DNA of 38,803 nucleotides, taken from assembly GCA_038247415.1 (NCBI GenBank), contig JBBRUX010000038.1, positions 1-38,803 of the forward strand, read 5' to 3'. The number at the start of each line of letters is the position of its first letter. Within the stretch, counting starts at the first letter, position 1. The stretch is from Chitinivibrionales bacterium (GTDB lineage Bacteria > Fibrobacterota > Chitinivibrionia > Chitinivibrionales > WJKA01). Of this stretch, positions 9,511-20,393 are shown piece by piece. Both the position numbers and the translations under genes were made by a program. Below the pieces are notes generated by a model. The model was not told the origin of the DNA. It saw nothing but the letters and a program-made list of their open reading frames with translations, and did no database searches.

Positions 9511-12463
9511 ACAGCGCCTCTTGCAAGGTATCGAAAAGAGTAGTTGTTTCAATTGGTTTTGGAACATATCCGTCAAAGCCAAGTGCAAGAATCATCTCTT
9601 TATCGTGGAGCATTGCATTTGCAGTAACTGCAATTATGGGAATGTGTGCAGTATTCTGTTTACCGCGGATTGTTTTGAATGCGGTAATGCCATCCATGCC
9701 CCCGAGGCTAATATCCATAAGAATAATATCTGGTAATTTTTGTTCTGCGAGGTCTATTCCTTTTTGGCCATTGGTTGCTGTAATGAGCATAAAATTATCA
9801 GAAAGTAGTGCGTTCATGGTGAGCAGGTTGTCTGGATTATCCTCGACAATAAGAAGTGTGGGTTTAGATGAAAATAATCGTTGTTTCTTGATCGGCTTGG
9901 GCATTGGGATGCTCTGATGCGTCATTGATTGAATGGCTAAGCAAAGCTCTGTGCGATTGATATCCCCTTTTTGAATGAGCTGATGGATATTGTTGCGGGT
10001 GAGAAAGTTGAGTTCTTCTTGTGTGATTTGTTTTGCAGTAAGAATAAGCACAGGAACATGTGCAGTTCGGTCTGCTTCTCGAATGGTTCCAAGAACTTCA
10101 AAACCATCTATGTCTGGCATCATCAGATCTAATATAATGGCATGAGGAATTGTTTTTTCGATTATGGAAAGCGCTTCTTCTCCTCCGGTGGCAATAAGAA
10201 CCGTATAACCTTCTTCGGAGAGGATATCTTGCAATTGAATAAGGGCCGGGTTGCTATCGTCAACAACAAGTATCGTGGTTTCGGAAGGAGGGGAAGTAGG
10301 TTTTAAGCTTTGCGAAGGGATTCGGTTTTTTTGAGATGAGATTTGCACGTTTTGTTGAACACCAGGAGATATTGATTTAGGGAGAAATACACTAAACGTT
10401 GAGCCTTCTCCGAGGATGCTTGTTACCGAAATGTCGCCACCAACCAAGCATGCATATTTTTTTGCAATCGCTAGGCCTAATCCTGTACCCCCATAACGTC
10501 GTGACGTACTTCCATCGGCTTGACGAAATTCATCGAAGATAAAGCTAATATGGTCGGGATGGATGCCAATACCTGTGTCTTTGATCGAAATAATAATCTG
10601 TTCGCTCGTGGTAGTGATACTGCTGGTGATTGATCCTTTTTCTGTAAATTTGATTGCATTGGCCAAAATATTTTGAAGAATGTGTTGAATTTTGTGCGCA
10701 TCATTAACGAGGGTAAGAGGTTCCGTAGGAAATTCGGTTACCATTTCGATCGAATGCTCGTCTGCTTGCGGTTTAAGCATTTGAATTGTTTCGTTCACTA
10801 TTTCTTGTGCCGTAAAGGCATTGAGATCCAGCTCTTCTTTTCCCGATTCAATTCGTGAGAGATCGAGAATATCATTAATGAGTGCAAGGAGCATCCGACC
10901 GTTGCGTTCTATCACTTCGAGGTATGCGTACTCTTCCGGGGGAAGTTTTCCTCTACATTTCCGGTGTAGCACTCCCGAAAGTGCAATAACCGAATTGAGA
11001 GGCGTTCGAAGTTCATGGCTCATGTTGGATAAGAAGCTTGTTTTCAGCTTTCCGGCATCGTCAAGTTGCTTCTTTTGAGCTTCGAGTTCGCGATTTTGTT
11101 CGGCAAGTTCTGTGGATTGAGCGGTGAGTTCCGATTTTTGTGCAAGAAGTTCCATATTCTGAATTTTTAGTATGTTCGTAAGCGCTTGATTTTTTTTAGT
11201 GCTTAAAATGCTTATAAAACGCGCAGTTAGTGTGTTTAAAACCGCATTGATGAATGAAACTGCCTCTGTGCTATAAGTGTTAACGCATGCAAGCGAAATA
11301 ATTGCCACAACTTCTTTGCTTGCTACAACGGGAATGGTGATGATTCCGCTTGGCACAATGGTTCCATATACACTTTTATACATAAATCGAGTTGATTCTG
11401 GAATGGCAGAGAGAACGGTAACTGTTTGGGTTGCAAGAGCACACCCAAATTCACCTTCTTGTTCATGTGCAAGAAAAGAAACTGGTAACGTTTGGTCTAA
11501 TCCTATTGATGTGCACTGTTCAAAACATTTTTTATCTTCGGAAAGTAAGTAGAGGCTTGCCATTTGTGACGTGGTAATTTCCATGAGAGTTTTGAGCGTG
11601 CTATAAAAAAAATGATGCGGATCATCTTCATGGATCATCACCCCAGAAATTAATGCAATTTTTTCATTGAGTGTCAAGACTTCTTCTATTGTGGTGACAA
11701 GGGAGTTAAACGCTTCTGATAGTTCGCCAAATTCATTTCGAGAGGCATACTTGCTGCGGGCAGAATAATTTTTTTTTCGAAATGCTTTTGCTGCGCACAG
11801 TATTTCTGCGAGTGGCGTTCGCATACTGTTTAAAAGTCCATTATTAATGACGCTTGCGAGCACGAGAATGAAAAAAACAAGAGCTATAAGTTGTATAGCT
11901 AGCGTATCCCGCTCTCTTCTCGATTGATCAAATAATTGATAGGATTTCGCAAGTGCAAAATCGCTTATTTTTTTGATATGCGCCAACGTGTTTGCTGCAC
12001 CATTATATAAATGTGCTTCTTGGGATTGCACCAAATGGGGTGTGGATTGATTTTGGGCAAGCCCATCCCTGCTGCTTGACATTCCCTCTTCAATCCAATA
12101 GGTCAATGTTGCTTTTGCAGAATCTATATATGATTGGGGCCCTAGAAATGCAGAATAAAGGGTATCTATTTGACCACGTGCAACTACATTGTTATAGGTG
12201 AGGTTTTGGATTAAATTTTCGCGAGAGTGAGAATCGGTATTTCCAGAGAGCATTAAAAAGTCGATTTTCATTAAAAATATTGCCTGGGTGAGCTCTCCAA
12301 GAGCCCTGCGAACCTTAAGTGGATGTTCATACAATGTTTCTGTTTGTTGATGAATTTTGTATGTTTGATAATAAGCAACAAGCCCGAGCATTATAACTAG
12401 AATAAGAATGCTTATGGAACCAATTTTAATTCGCCTGCCGATGGTAATGTTTGTAAAATTCAC
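9500..12463 (-). CDS. Membrane hybrid histidine kinase (four-helix sensor-HAMP-GAF-HisKA/HATPase-REC-REC)
   Basis: Two TM helices, HAMP (NEFGELSEAFN), GAF, coiled coil, NMSHELRTPLN, YGGTGLGL, two receivers. Confidence 0.92.
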   Translation of the reverse strand: MNFTNITIGRRIKIGSISILILVIMLGLVAYYQTYKIHQQTETLYEHPLKVRRALGELTQAIFLMKIDFLMLSGNTDSHSRENLIQNLTYNNVVARGQIDTLYSAFLGPQSYIDSAKATLTYWIEEGMSSSRDGLAQNQSTPHLVQSQEAHLYNGAANTLAHIKKISDFALAKSYQLFDQSRRERDTLAIQLIALVFFILVLASVINNGLLNSMRTPLAEILCAAKAFRKKNYSARSKYASRNEFGELSEAFNSLVTTIEEVLTLNEKIALISGVMIHEDDPHHFFYSTLKTLMEITTSQMASLYLLSEDKKCFEQCTSIGLDQTLPVSFLAHEQEGEFGCALATQTVTVLSAIPESTRFMYKSVYGTIVPSGIITIPVVASKEVVAIISLACVNTYSTEAVSFINAVLNTLTARFISILSTKKNQALTNILKIQNMELLAQKSELTAQSTELAEQNRELEAQKKQLDDAGKLKTSFLSNMSHELRTPLNSVIALSGVLHRKCRGKLPPEEYAYLEVIERNGRMLLALINDILDLSRIESGKEELDLNAFTAQEIVNETIQMLKPQADEHSIEMVTEFPTEPLTLVNDAHKIQHILQNILANAIKFTEKGSITSSITTTSEQIIISIKDTGIGIHPDHISFIFDEFRQADGSTSRRYGGTGLGLAIAKKYACLVGGDISVTSILGEGSTFSVFLPKSISPGVQQNVQISSQKNRIPSQSLKPTSPPSETTILVVDDSNPALIQLQDILSEEGYTVLIATGGEEALSIIEKTIPHAIILDLMMPDIDGFEVLGTIREADRTAHVPVLILTAKQITQEELNFLTRNNIHQLIQKGDINRTELCLAIQSMTHQSIPMPKPIKKQRLFSSKPTLLIVEDNPDNLLTMNALLSDNFMLITATNGQKGIDLAEQKLPDIILMDISLGGMDGITAFKTIRGKQNTAHIPIIAVTANAMLHDKEMILALGFDGYVPKPIETTTLFDTLQEALYDL

Positions 12464-12475
12464 AAGATGCCCTTT

Positions 12476-13300
12476 TTAAAGGAATTTGGGTGTTTCAAAT
12501 CTTTTATGTACAGTATGCTTAAAAATGCCAGATTGAGCATAAACCTCAGTACAACCGAATTGCAATACTGTATTTCGTTCGGTTTCTCCGGTTATCAGGT
12601 ATCCCTGAGGTTTTAGGCTGTGGACAAGTTTTTTGAGAATAATTTCTTGGCATTCCGCTTGATAATAAATCAGGAGATTGCAGCACAAAACTAGGTCGAA
12701 TTCTCCAAAAATACTTGTTGGAGGACGATTAGTCAATCCAATCATGTCAAATGCTGAATATTCTATATGTCTGGTTAGTTCGTGGCTGATCGTGTACGAC
12801 AAGTCCCTTTGTGTAAACCATCGTGAAATTCGTGATTGGGTAAGGTTATTGAGTGCTATTAGGGAAAATGCATGCGTTGAAAGTGGATTGTCGTGACGAA
12901 CATATTTCTCTGTTGCGAAAATGGAATAATCGATTTTTTTTTGAGAGTTTTCGAGGTATTCTTCAATGAGCATGGCAATGCTAATGGGTTCTTGACCATC
13001 TGCACATCCTGCTGACCAAATGCGAACTTCTCGTTTCTTATGTTCAATTGCCTTTTGAATGATCGTGGGAATAATGTGATGCTCGAGATGTGCGAAGGTA
13101 AGAGAGTTTCTAAAAAAGGAGCTATACTTAACATGGAGCAAAGAAAAAAAGGCAGCTTGTTCTTCTGGAGAATTCTGAGCATACGAGAGGTATTCCGCCG
13201 TATTTACTAAATCAGTAGTAATCATTCGACTTTTAAGTGCCTGTGCAACAAAAGCATCGTTATGGCAGGAAATGTCTTGCGAGTCAAGAAATGAGCTCAT
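12476..13300 (-). CDS. cheR: CheR-type protein-glutamate methyltransferase
   Basis: SSFFRN, RIWSAGCADGQEPISIAM, FDLVLCCNLLIY, LKPQGYLITGETE. Confidence 0.88.
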   Translation of the reverse strand: MSSFLDSQDISCHNDAFVAQALKSRMITTDLVNTAEYLSYAQNSPEEQAAFFSLLHVKYSSFFRNSLTFAHLEHHIIPTIIQKAIEHKKREVRIWSAGCADGQEPISIAMLIEEYLENSQKKIDYSIFATEKYVRHDNPLSTHAFSLIALNNLTQSRISRWFTQRDLSYTISHELTRHIEYSAFDMIGLTNRPPTSIFGEFDLVLCCNLLIYYQAECQEIILKKLVHSLKPQGYLITGETERNTVLQFGCTEVYAQSGIFKHTVHKRFETPKFL

Positions 13301-13426
13301 TGATTGTTCGCTACTCTACAGTGTTACTCAAAATAGGCACCCTGATTAGCATACAATTGAAAGGAACTAGAGTCAATGTATTGTGATATTTTTCAGGGTG
13401 TTGCGCATCACTATCAAACTTTTTAA

Positions 13427-14134
13427 TCAGGTAGCTGCAGGTTGCCCATAATACGCCTGGGTGCTATGCTTTCGCAAATAATGTTTATCGAGAAGCACTT
13501 GGCTTATAGGCTGGATAGATTGATGCAAGAGTAATGTTGAGAGCGCCATTTTACAGATTTCTTCCATAATTTCTGCGTGATCCACTGCATCGAGCGCAGA
13601 ATTACCAAAAGCAAAAGGCCCATGGGAGGAGACCAAGACACCAGGCATGCTTTTAGGATCGAGGTTTTGGGTTTGAAAAGCGCGCACGATTACAACGCCT
13701 GTGGCTGTTTCATAACCGGATTCTATTTCTTGTTTAGTTACGTCGTCGGTAATAGGAATAGTTCCATAAAAGCTATCTGCATGGGTTGTACCGAGACAAA
13801 TGCAAGGACGTTTTGCTTGTGCAAAAATTGTAGAGTATGTCGCATGCGTATGAACAATGCCACTAAGCTGTGGAAAGGCACGATATAATACAAGGTGGGT
13901 TGGCGTGTCGGATGATGGCCGCATGGAGCCATCGATAGACTTTCCGTTGATATCTAGCACAACAATATCCTCGGGTTTAAGCTTAGCGTACTCAACACCG
14001 CTTGGCTTAATTGCTATAATACCGTGTTCGCGATCGTATTCCGAAACATTGCCAAATGTTTGTAGTACAAGCCCTCGCGTGACAAGGGCACAATTCGCTT
14101 CGTAAACGCGGGATCTCAATTCGTGATAGAGCAT
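13427..14134 (-). CDS. araD: L-ribulose-5-phosphate 4-epimerase
   Basis: GNVS, IKPSGV, PSSDTPTH, VHTH, GTTHAD, HGPF, LLDKHYLRKH...YYGQ. Confidence 0.93.
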   Translation of the reverse strand: MLYHELRSRVYEANCALVTRGLVLQTFGNVSEYDREHGIIAIKPSGVEYAKLKPEDIVVLDINGKSIDGSMRPSSDTPTHLVLYRAFPQLSGIVHTHATYSTIFAQAKRPCICLGTTHADSFYGTIPITDDVTKQEIESGYETATGVVIVRAFQTQNLDPKSMPGVLVSSHGPFAFGNSALDAVDHAEIMEEICKMALSTLLLHQSIQPISQVLLDKHYLRKHSTQAYYGQPAAT

Positions 14135-14135
14135 A

Positions 14136-15800
14136 TTAGGTAAGGGCTTTCTTTTTGATGCTCAAAAGCGATTTCATGCAGGAAAAGAGAGAATTCTTAG
14201 GTTGGTTTGTACCAAACGAATCGTGCAGGAGTGTATATATCTTGTAAAGCTCTGCATAGGTTTTCGTGTTTTCTTTGTTGGGAGTATAAGAAATTACAGA
14301 CTTAGGAACCATTGACTTTTGTGCATTCCCTGCTGATGTAAATACGTTGGCTACCAGTGCTCCGAAAATGGCACTTCCAAGAGCACACGTTTGTTCAGAT
14401 GCCGCAATTTCTATGGGTATCCCGAGAATATCAGCATAAATTTGCATAAAGAGAGCATTCTTTTGAGAAATTCCTCCGCAGGCAATGATCTTTTTTACAG
14501 GAATGCCATGTTCTTTAATTCTGTCGATGATCTTTTTTGCTCCAAATGCCGTAGCCTCAATAAGAGCACGGTATAATTCGGCTTGCGTTGTGTGAAGTGT
14601 TTGCCCTATCATTAATCCCGTAAGCTCTGCATCAACCAGAACAGTTCTGTTGCCATTATTCCAATCGAGTGCCATAAGTCCAGATTGTCCTGGTGTTAAT
14701 TTTTGTGCAGCGCGCGTGAGTGTTGCGTGATACGAGGCATCTTGCTTGCATACGTGTTCAACAAACCAATTAAGAATATCGCCAACCGCCGACTGGCCCG
14801 CTTCTATGCCCGTCATTTTAGGTATCACCGATTCGGGAACAACACCGCATACTCCGGGTAGAGAGCCAATGGTGTTTGCGCTCACACCGATATCACAGGT
14901 TGAGGTACCAATAATCTTGACAATAGTCCCAGGCCCAACGCCTGAACCGACCGCTCCACAATGAGCGTCAAATCCACCCACTGCAACAGGGATGGTATGG
15001 TGTAAACCAAATTTTTTTCTCAGTGCATCGGAAAGATATCCGGCACATTCATTAGATGCAAATGCCTTTTGAGGAAGTTTTTTGCGAAGTACAGATAACT
15101 GTGGGGAGAGCATTGTAAGAAATTCTGCGTCGGGGTAGCCACCCCATGAATCGTGGTAAAGCGCTTTGTGTCCGGCTGCACAAATAGAGCGTTTTATTTG
15201 GTGTGGGTTTATTATGCCGCATGCGTATGATGTTACCCAATCGCAACACTCTACCCACGAATGGGCTGCTGCATATACTTTCGGATCGATTTTTGCGCAC
15301 CGAAGAATTTTTGACCAGAACCATTCGGAAGAATAGGTGGTTCCGCACAGTGCGAGGTATGCAGGTCGCATCTTACGGCCCAAAGCGGTTATTTCGAGTG
15401 CCTCGTGTGTGCTTGTGTGATCTTTCCAGAGCCACGCCATTGCATTGAGATTGTTTTTAAAGGCTGGTAAATAAGCTAAGGGTGTATTATTCTTGTCAAC
15501 GGGTAGGGGAGTTGATCCTGTTGTGTCAACGCCTATGCCGCAAATTCGTGGGAGAGCAATTTTCTTTTTTTTAAGGTGGGCAATAAGCTCAAGCATAATG
15601 GTATCGAATGCATCGGCATAATCTTGCGGGTGTTGACGCGCGCACAGGTGGTCTTTTTTATCGAGCAGAATACCTTTTTCACCATGAGGATAATTAAACA
15701 CATGCGTAGCGAGAAGGGCACCATTTGAGGTGTCGACAACAATCCCGCGACATGAGTTTGTTCCGTAATCCAAACCTACAGAAAGTGGTGAAACAGACAT
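14136..15800 (-). CDS. araB: Ribulokinase
   Basis: GLDYGTNS, GIGVDTTGSTP, LWKDHT, YSSEWFWSK, CAAGHKA, IEAGQSAVGD, LDWNNGNR; RBS GAGGAG before ATG 15800. Confidence 0.92.
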   Translation of the reverse strand: MSVSPLSVGLDYGTNSCRGIVVDTSNGALLATHVFNYPHGEKGILLDKKDHLCARQHPQDYADAFDTIMLELIAHLKKKKIALPRICGIGVDTTGSTPLPVDKNNTPLAYLPAFKNNLNAMAWLWKDHTSTHEALEITALGRKMRPAYLALCGTTYSSEWFWSKILRCAKIDPKVYAAAHSWVECCDWVTSYACGIINPHQIKRSICAAGHKALYHDSWGGYPDAEFLTMLSPQLSVLRKKLPQKAFASNECAGYLSDALRKKFGLHHTIPVAVGGFDAHCGAVGSGVGPGTIVKIIGTSTCDIGVSANTIGSLPGVCGVVPESVIPKMTGIEAGQSAVGDILNWFVEHVCKQDASYHATLTRAAQKLTPGQSGLMALDWNNGNRTVLVDAELTGLMIGQTLHTTQAELYRALIEATAFGAKKIIDRIKEHGIPVKKIIACGGISQKNALFMQIYADILGIPIEIAASEQTCALGSAIFGALVANVFTSAGNAQKSMVPKSVISYTPNKENTKTYAELYKIYTLLHDSFGTNQPKNSLFSCMKSLLSIKKKALT

Positions 15801-15823
15801 TACTACGCTCCTCAAAAGAATTG

Positions 15824-16540
15824 TTAAATAGGTTTTATCTGCAAATGTTTACCATCACAAAATGGTTTATTGTGAGAGCTTCCGCATCTACATAGTGTCA
15901 TTCGTGCACGAGATTCGTAAACAGTTCCCGTGTGGCTCCGAATAGGAATGGTACCTTTAACTTGAATAGGGCCAGATGCAAAAGCACCTGGATCTTCTAT
16001 AAGGTAAATCTGGGGATCGCTTCTGGGTTCTATAATTTCTCCGGTTTCAGCATTAGCAACACGCAATCTGCCAGAAGGGCAATTGTGAGCTTCCTCGATA
16101 GCTTTTGCCTTTTTTTGAGGGTTATCCGATTCCTTGGTAAGATCCCAAATTCCTCCTGCTCTGCTACAAAATCTACCACCCGAACAGAACGATTTGGCAT
16201 CGTAGAGGCGCAGCGCTGGCCCCTCAAATAGTTCTGATTGCAGGTTTATATCAACGTTTGATGCAGTTTCGTCGCCGCAAAAGTCAATGGATATATGTGA
16301 TGTCCCGTCACAGATTGGCTTTGTGCTCGATGCCCCGCATCTGCACAAAGAATATGTTGACTGAGTAGAAATTGGCCGAGGCGCAGAATACTGTTCCGGC
16401 CGTGCCAATATATCCGATTGAATATCTATTTCTGCTAAAGGAACATTGCCGCGCACTACATACGGCCCATTTTTAAGAATTGTGATACTTGGCTTTTGAC
16501 TATGCAAAGTCATTGTGGATTCCCTGTTATCGTATTTCAT
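15824..16540 (-). CDS. CDGSH iron-sulfur domain protein (two CDGSH domains around a divergent 4Fe-4S domain)
   Basis: LCRCGASSTKPICDGTSH and LCRCGSSHNKPFCDGKH; central CxxxxxC...CPSG. Confidence 0.9.
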   Translation of the reverse strand: MKYDNRESTMTLHSQKPSITILKNGPYVVRGNVPLAEIDIQSDILARPEQYSAPRPISTQSTYSLCRCGASSTKPICDGTSHISIDFCGDETASNVDINLQSELFEGPALRLYDAKSFCSGGRFCSRAGGIWDLTKESDNPQKKAKAIEEAHNCPSGRLRVANAETGEIIEPRSDPQIYLIEDPGAFASGPIQVKGTIPIRSHTGTVYESRARMTLCRCGSSHNKPFCDGKHLQIKPI

Positions 16541-18029
16541 ATCCTAAGTCAAGTGCGAAGCCATATCCTTTATAGGAAATGGATGATTCTTTTTTGGTAA
16601 GCATGCTATATGCAGCGTCGAGGCGCACTTGGTTTGAAAAGAAAGATGCGCCAAGGCCTACGGTAAAATTGCCAATCCGTTGATCGGCGCCCGGTGCTGG
16701 AGCGTAAAGCGGCGTACTCCCCAGGGAGTTTGGAATTAAAGGGGTATTAAGAGAAAATTCATCCGATCTATATCCGTCATAAAGGCTGTTGATCCGCAGA
16801 TTTTCGTATGATAATCGACCAAATATTCCGATTGACGATGGAATGCGCAACGCCTTAATAGCGTGAATATTGCCTTGCGCACCAATTAAAACCCGCTCAT
16901 AGCCACGGGAGGTATCTTTGAAGGTAGGACCGTAGGCAGAGTCAACGTCGAGTGAAATTTTCGAATGGGAAAATTCAAAATACGTTGACCCATACGACAA
17001 AATTTCGGCAGATCCGCCTATGCCAAACGACAAATTTTTTATTGCCCAATTTTTCCCTACTTGTTTAGCACCAACTTCGAGGGTGTTGTTTTCGCCTTTT
17101 GGAAAGTAGAGTTGGTTGTTGCATCTCTGGAAATCAAGTGCGACTCCGGGATGGTAAATAATACCATTAATTGGAATAGTTCCAAGTGTTTTCCAATGCC
17201 ATGAGAGGCTATCGCCTATGACTGGAGGTCTGTTACCTATTTCTCCAGTGTTAAATTTGTACACATAAATCAAACGATTTGTTGCAGTTGATAAAATAAA
17301 ATCAGATTGCACAGGGAATCCTGGGTACCCAAAATCTATAAACCATCCGAGCATTGGTAAACTGCCTTCAAAATAGCGATCTTGCCAATTTGAATTCGTG
17401 GCTATTTTAAGTGTGTCAAGTCTTCCCGTAACGCCGCCTTCCATTCCAATACCTACAAGCTCATGCACTCTGCTCCCAATAGATCCTTTAAGCGTTTTAA
17501 AGCCCATTATAAGCCGCGTACTATCAGATTTGTTTTGAGTTTCCACTCCATAAAACCCTTCGGCAGCCACTCCAATTTGAAAAACCCCTTTGGGCATAGA
17601 GACCGCGCCTAACAGGCCAAATCGTTGCAAGGCGAGATCGTATTTAGTTTTGCCAGAAGCATCGTAAACTGCAATAAGATCGGGGGTGTAATGTAATTGG
17701 ATGTAGCCAACCCCATGTGCTCCGGCAGTAATTTTTGGGGCGTTGAAGCTTACTGCATGTTTTTTAAGAGAGTCGAGATTGCTTTTTTCCCAAAATCCAA
17801 AACTATGAGCACCCAGTTCAACAGAAACCGTCATGCTATCTGTTTGAAATATCCCCGTTGGGACACCTGCGAAATCGAGTTCGTTATACTGATTCCAATT
17901 AGTGAAAAGGGGAGAGCCATAGCCCTGGCAAGAGGCGCTAGATTCTATAGATAATGCGCTTTGCAGAGGCGCTTGCAGACTTAGTAGAAGTGCGCTACCG
18001 ATAATGAGAAGGGACTTTGATCTGAACAT
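16527..18029 (-). CDS. Secreted hypothetical protein, probable outer-membrane beta-barrel
   Basis: RBS AAGGAG; signal-like MFRSKSLLIIGSALLLSLQAP; alternating aromatic/Gly strands; C-terminal FALDLGY. Confidence 0.6.
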   Translation of the reverse strand: MFRSKSLLIIGSALLLSLQAPLQSALSIESSASCQGYGSPLFTNWNQYNELDFAGVPTGIFQTDSMTVSVELGAHSFGFWEKSNLDSLKKHAVSFNAPKITAGAHGVGYIQLHYTPDLIAVYDASGKTKYDLALQRFGLLGAVSMPKGVFQIGVAAEGFYGVETQNKSDSTRLIMGFKTLKGSIGSRVHELVGIGMEGGVTGRLDTLKIATNSNWQDRYFEGSLPMLGWFIDFGYPGFPVQSDFILSTATNRLIYVYKFNTGEIGNRPPVIGDSLSWHWKTLGTIPINGIIYHPGVALDFQRCNNQLYFPKGENNTLEVGAKQVGKNWAIKNLSFGIGGSAEILSYGSTYFEFSHSKISLDVDSAYGPTFKDTSRGYERVLIGAQGNIHAIKALRIPSSIGIFGRLSYENLRINSLYDGYRSDEFSLNTPLIPNSLGSTPLYAPAPGADQRIGNFTVGLGASFFSNQVRLDAAYSMLTKKESSISYKGYGFALDLGYEIR

Positions 18030-18227
18030 TATATCTCCTTTAATGGATAAAACCGCACGCAATCGGGTGTGGACATCATTGATTTGCGATCTATTAATAT
18101 AATCCTCACCAATTATCTTGGACAGTGTATGGATTGATTAAAGTAAGATTGCATATCAGCCGCTAATCACTCCGTAATAAAATAGCGGAGCGTTTTAAGG
18201 GCCAGTAGTTTTGTCCGTGATAAATCT

Positions 18228-20002
18228 CTACCGTTTTGGAGGTTGGATCACAAGCTTTTTGATGGGGCTTACATCAGATTGCAGCTCTCCGGTAGTAGGG
18301 TTTTTAGCTGAGGAGGCTATTCTGTAAAGGTAGATGTTTGGGCCAAGTTGGTTGCCGAATTGATCTGTTCCATCCCACACTTCGCCATTTGTTGCATTTG
18401 TAATACGCCGCAATAGCTTTCCACTCAGAGCGTAAATTTTTATGGTCGCATTAAGCTCAGATATCCGTTGTCGAATGAAGGCGTTGTGCCATAAAAAAAG
18501 AATCTGGTTGTTTGATTGACGCGCATGGGATTTGGGTAATTAAAGACGCGAGACAGATTAAAATTCTCCGAAGCTACGATAGTAAGGTTTATGGCGGCAA
18601 TTGAAGCGTGTCCCAGGAGGTCTCTTGCCGAAATACTCATGGAATATTCTCCTGGAGGAAGCTCGTCTTTTTTAAAGCTTATGATCGACGATCCTGTCCG
18701 ATAGTCCCCGTTGGTAAATTTAAAGGTGCTTTTTATGCTGTGCCGCGGAATAAAGTGCGGGATTTCCAAGGAAATTCCTTCGCCGGGACCATCATTGGAT
18801 GCATCGACGCCTGATGAATCGGAAACGAGAATTTCAAGCTCGCACGGAGTAGATGTTGTCAACTTATCGGTAAAAGATGCTTTGCTATTTCTTGTTTTGT
18901 CGTAATAGAGAGGGCGTACAGATATAGCAGGACCTGCTGAGTCGTTCGACTCAACAAGAATTGAACCATGAAACATAAGAGGTGTCGATCCTGCCGCGCT
19001 CACGGGTGCACCGCCTCGATATGCAAAGGCCGTTATTCGGGCGCCGGATTTATCGAATGCAACACTGCGGGGAAGTCGGATGAGCTGATCGAACGCATTG
19101 TTTACAACGGGTATTCGAAAAGGGTCATAGCGATGCAAATTAAATTTCCAAGACGACTCATTTGCTGTGTTCGACCAGACCCAGTCGGAACTTCCGGTCA
19201 CAGGTGCAAGACAATAGTCATTTCCATCAAAAAGGCCATTTTCATTGGTTGTGGTTTCGTTAAAGCCAGAATTGCCATCACCTATAGTAAAGTGGATAAG
19301 CGGTTTTGTGCGCGCTAGAGGAAAAGAGAGTGCTGCAGATTTACGTAACAAGGCTGTTTGCGGCGTCCATCCGGCAGCAATAGTCCCATTGAGCAATAAG
19401 GATTCCCGGGCTTTTTCCCATTCCGAGCGGGCCACCGTTGATTGTGCAGTAAAAGGAGCATTGGGAAAAAGAATCGTTACGGTAGCTCTTTTTAAAACAG
19501 TAATTTTTCTTGCACTAGCATCGTAGCTGAAAGGATTAATAACATACTGAAACACTCGCAGATTTCGCATAGAAGTTTGGTTTGGTTGGGAAATAAATGA
19601 TCCGGAAAAGTCTGGATTCCAGGTTGTTTGGATCCCCGTGCTTGTTGCCACCGGGTAGGGAAGTGATTGTGTGTAGGTTTCCTGTGCATCGAGAGAAACC
19701 AAAGGATGGGCAGTATTTGAAGGCGAGCCAACCATAAAAGCGTAAGCGGGAAGTAATGGTTCGTCCTTTTGGCCACATTGAAAATTTTGTTTGCTAAACG
19801 ATAGTGAAGTGGTTGCCTGATTGTTTTCTGTAAGCGCAATATCGCCAGTTGCAAATGTGAACCTCAGTCTTTGAGGAGTGATTTCCAGAATGGTAACTTG
19901 TGCAAAGATGGGCATGGTTCCAAATAAAAGTAGGTGAATTAACTGCATTTTCAGATTATACCTTATTGTATTCACGTACTGCTCCGCAAGAATGTGTGAC
20001 AA
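18228..20002 (-). pseudogene. PorU/gingipain(C25)-like T9SS protein, apparently internally deleted and frameshifted
   Basis: C25-propeptide-like N-terminus (GQKDEPLLP...YVINPFSYD); PorU-like C-terminus (VSDSSGVD...LPPGEY...ARDLLG...VFNYPNPM). After a frameshift near 18445-18470 the other frame reads ATIKIYALSGKLLRRI...WDGTDQFGNQLGPNIYLYRI (T9SS sorting domain). Confidence 0.7.
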
Positions 20003-20393
20003 AATGCTTTTAGAAGAAAATACGATGATGTGAAGATTTTAGCGCATGGGGAAAATAAAAAAGTTTCAAGCTCACCTGAAGCCACTATGCAATGCTTGAC
20101 GAAAAGAATTTTCATGCAGAGGGCGGGAAGATTTGCTTTTACAATGTATAAGTATAAAACCAAGAATTTCTTAAAGGATTCTTTTTAAAACGATCTATTG
20201 AAGCATGCAGAGGAAAGAATAAACTCTAGGCTAATATAACCCTTCCTATGGTAGTTTCAAAAAGGTTAATATCAATAGGTACTTAATATATCCCAAGATG
20301 TATTTTTTTTCGTATTTAAATATGCTTTCAAAGCATACAAATTAACATGGTATATAAACATTGTAGCACATTGTTTAAACTAAGGATCAATTA

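Noticed and set aside
9511..9588. Extended N-terminus of the second hybrid kinase given in the ORF track
   Set aside because: It overlaps the upstream kinase's receiver domain; ATG 9510 fits translational coupling.
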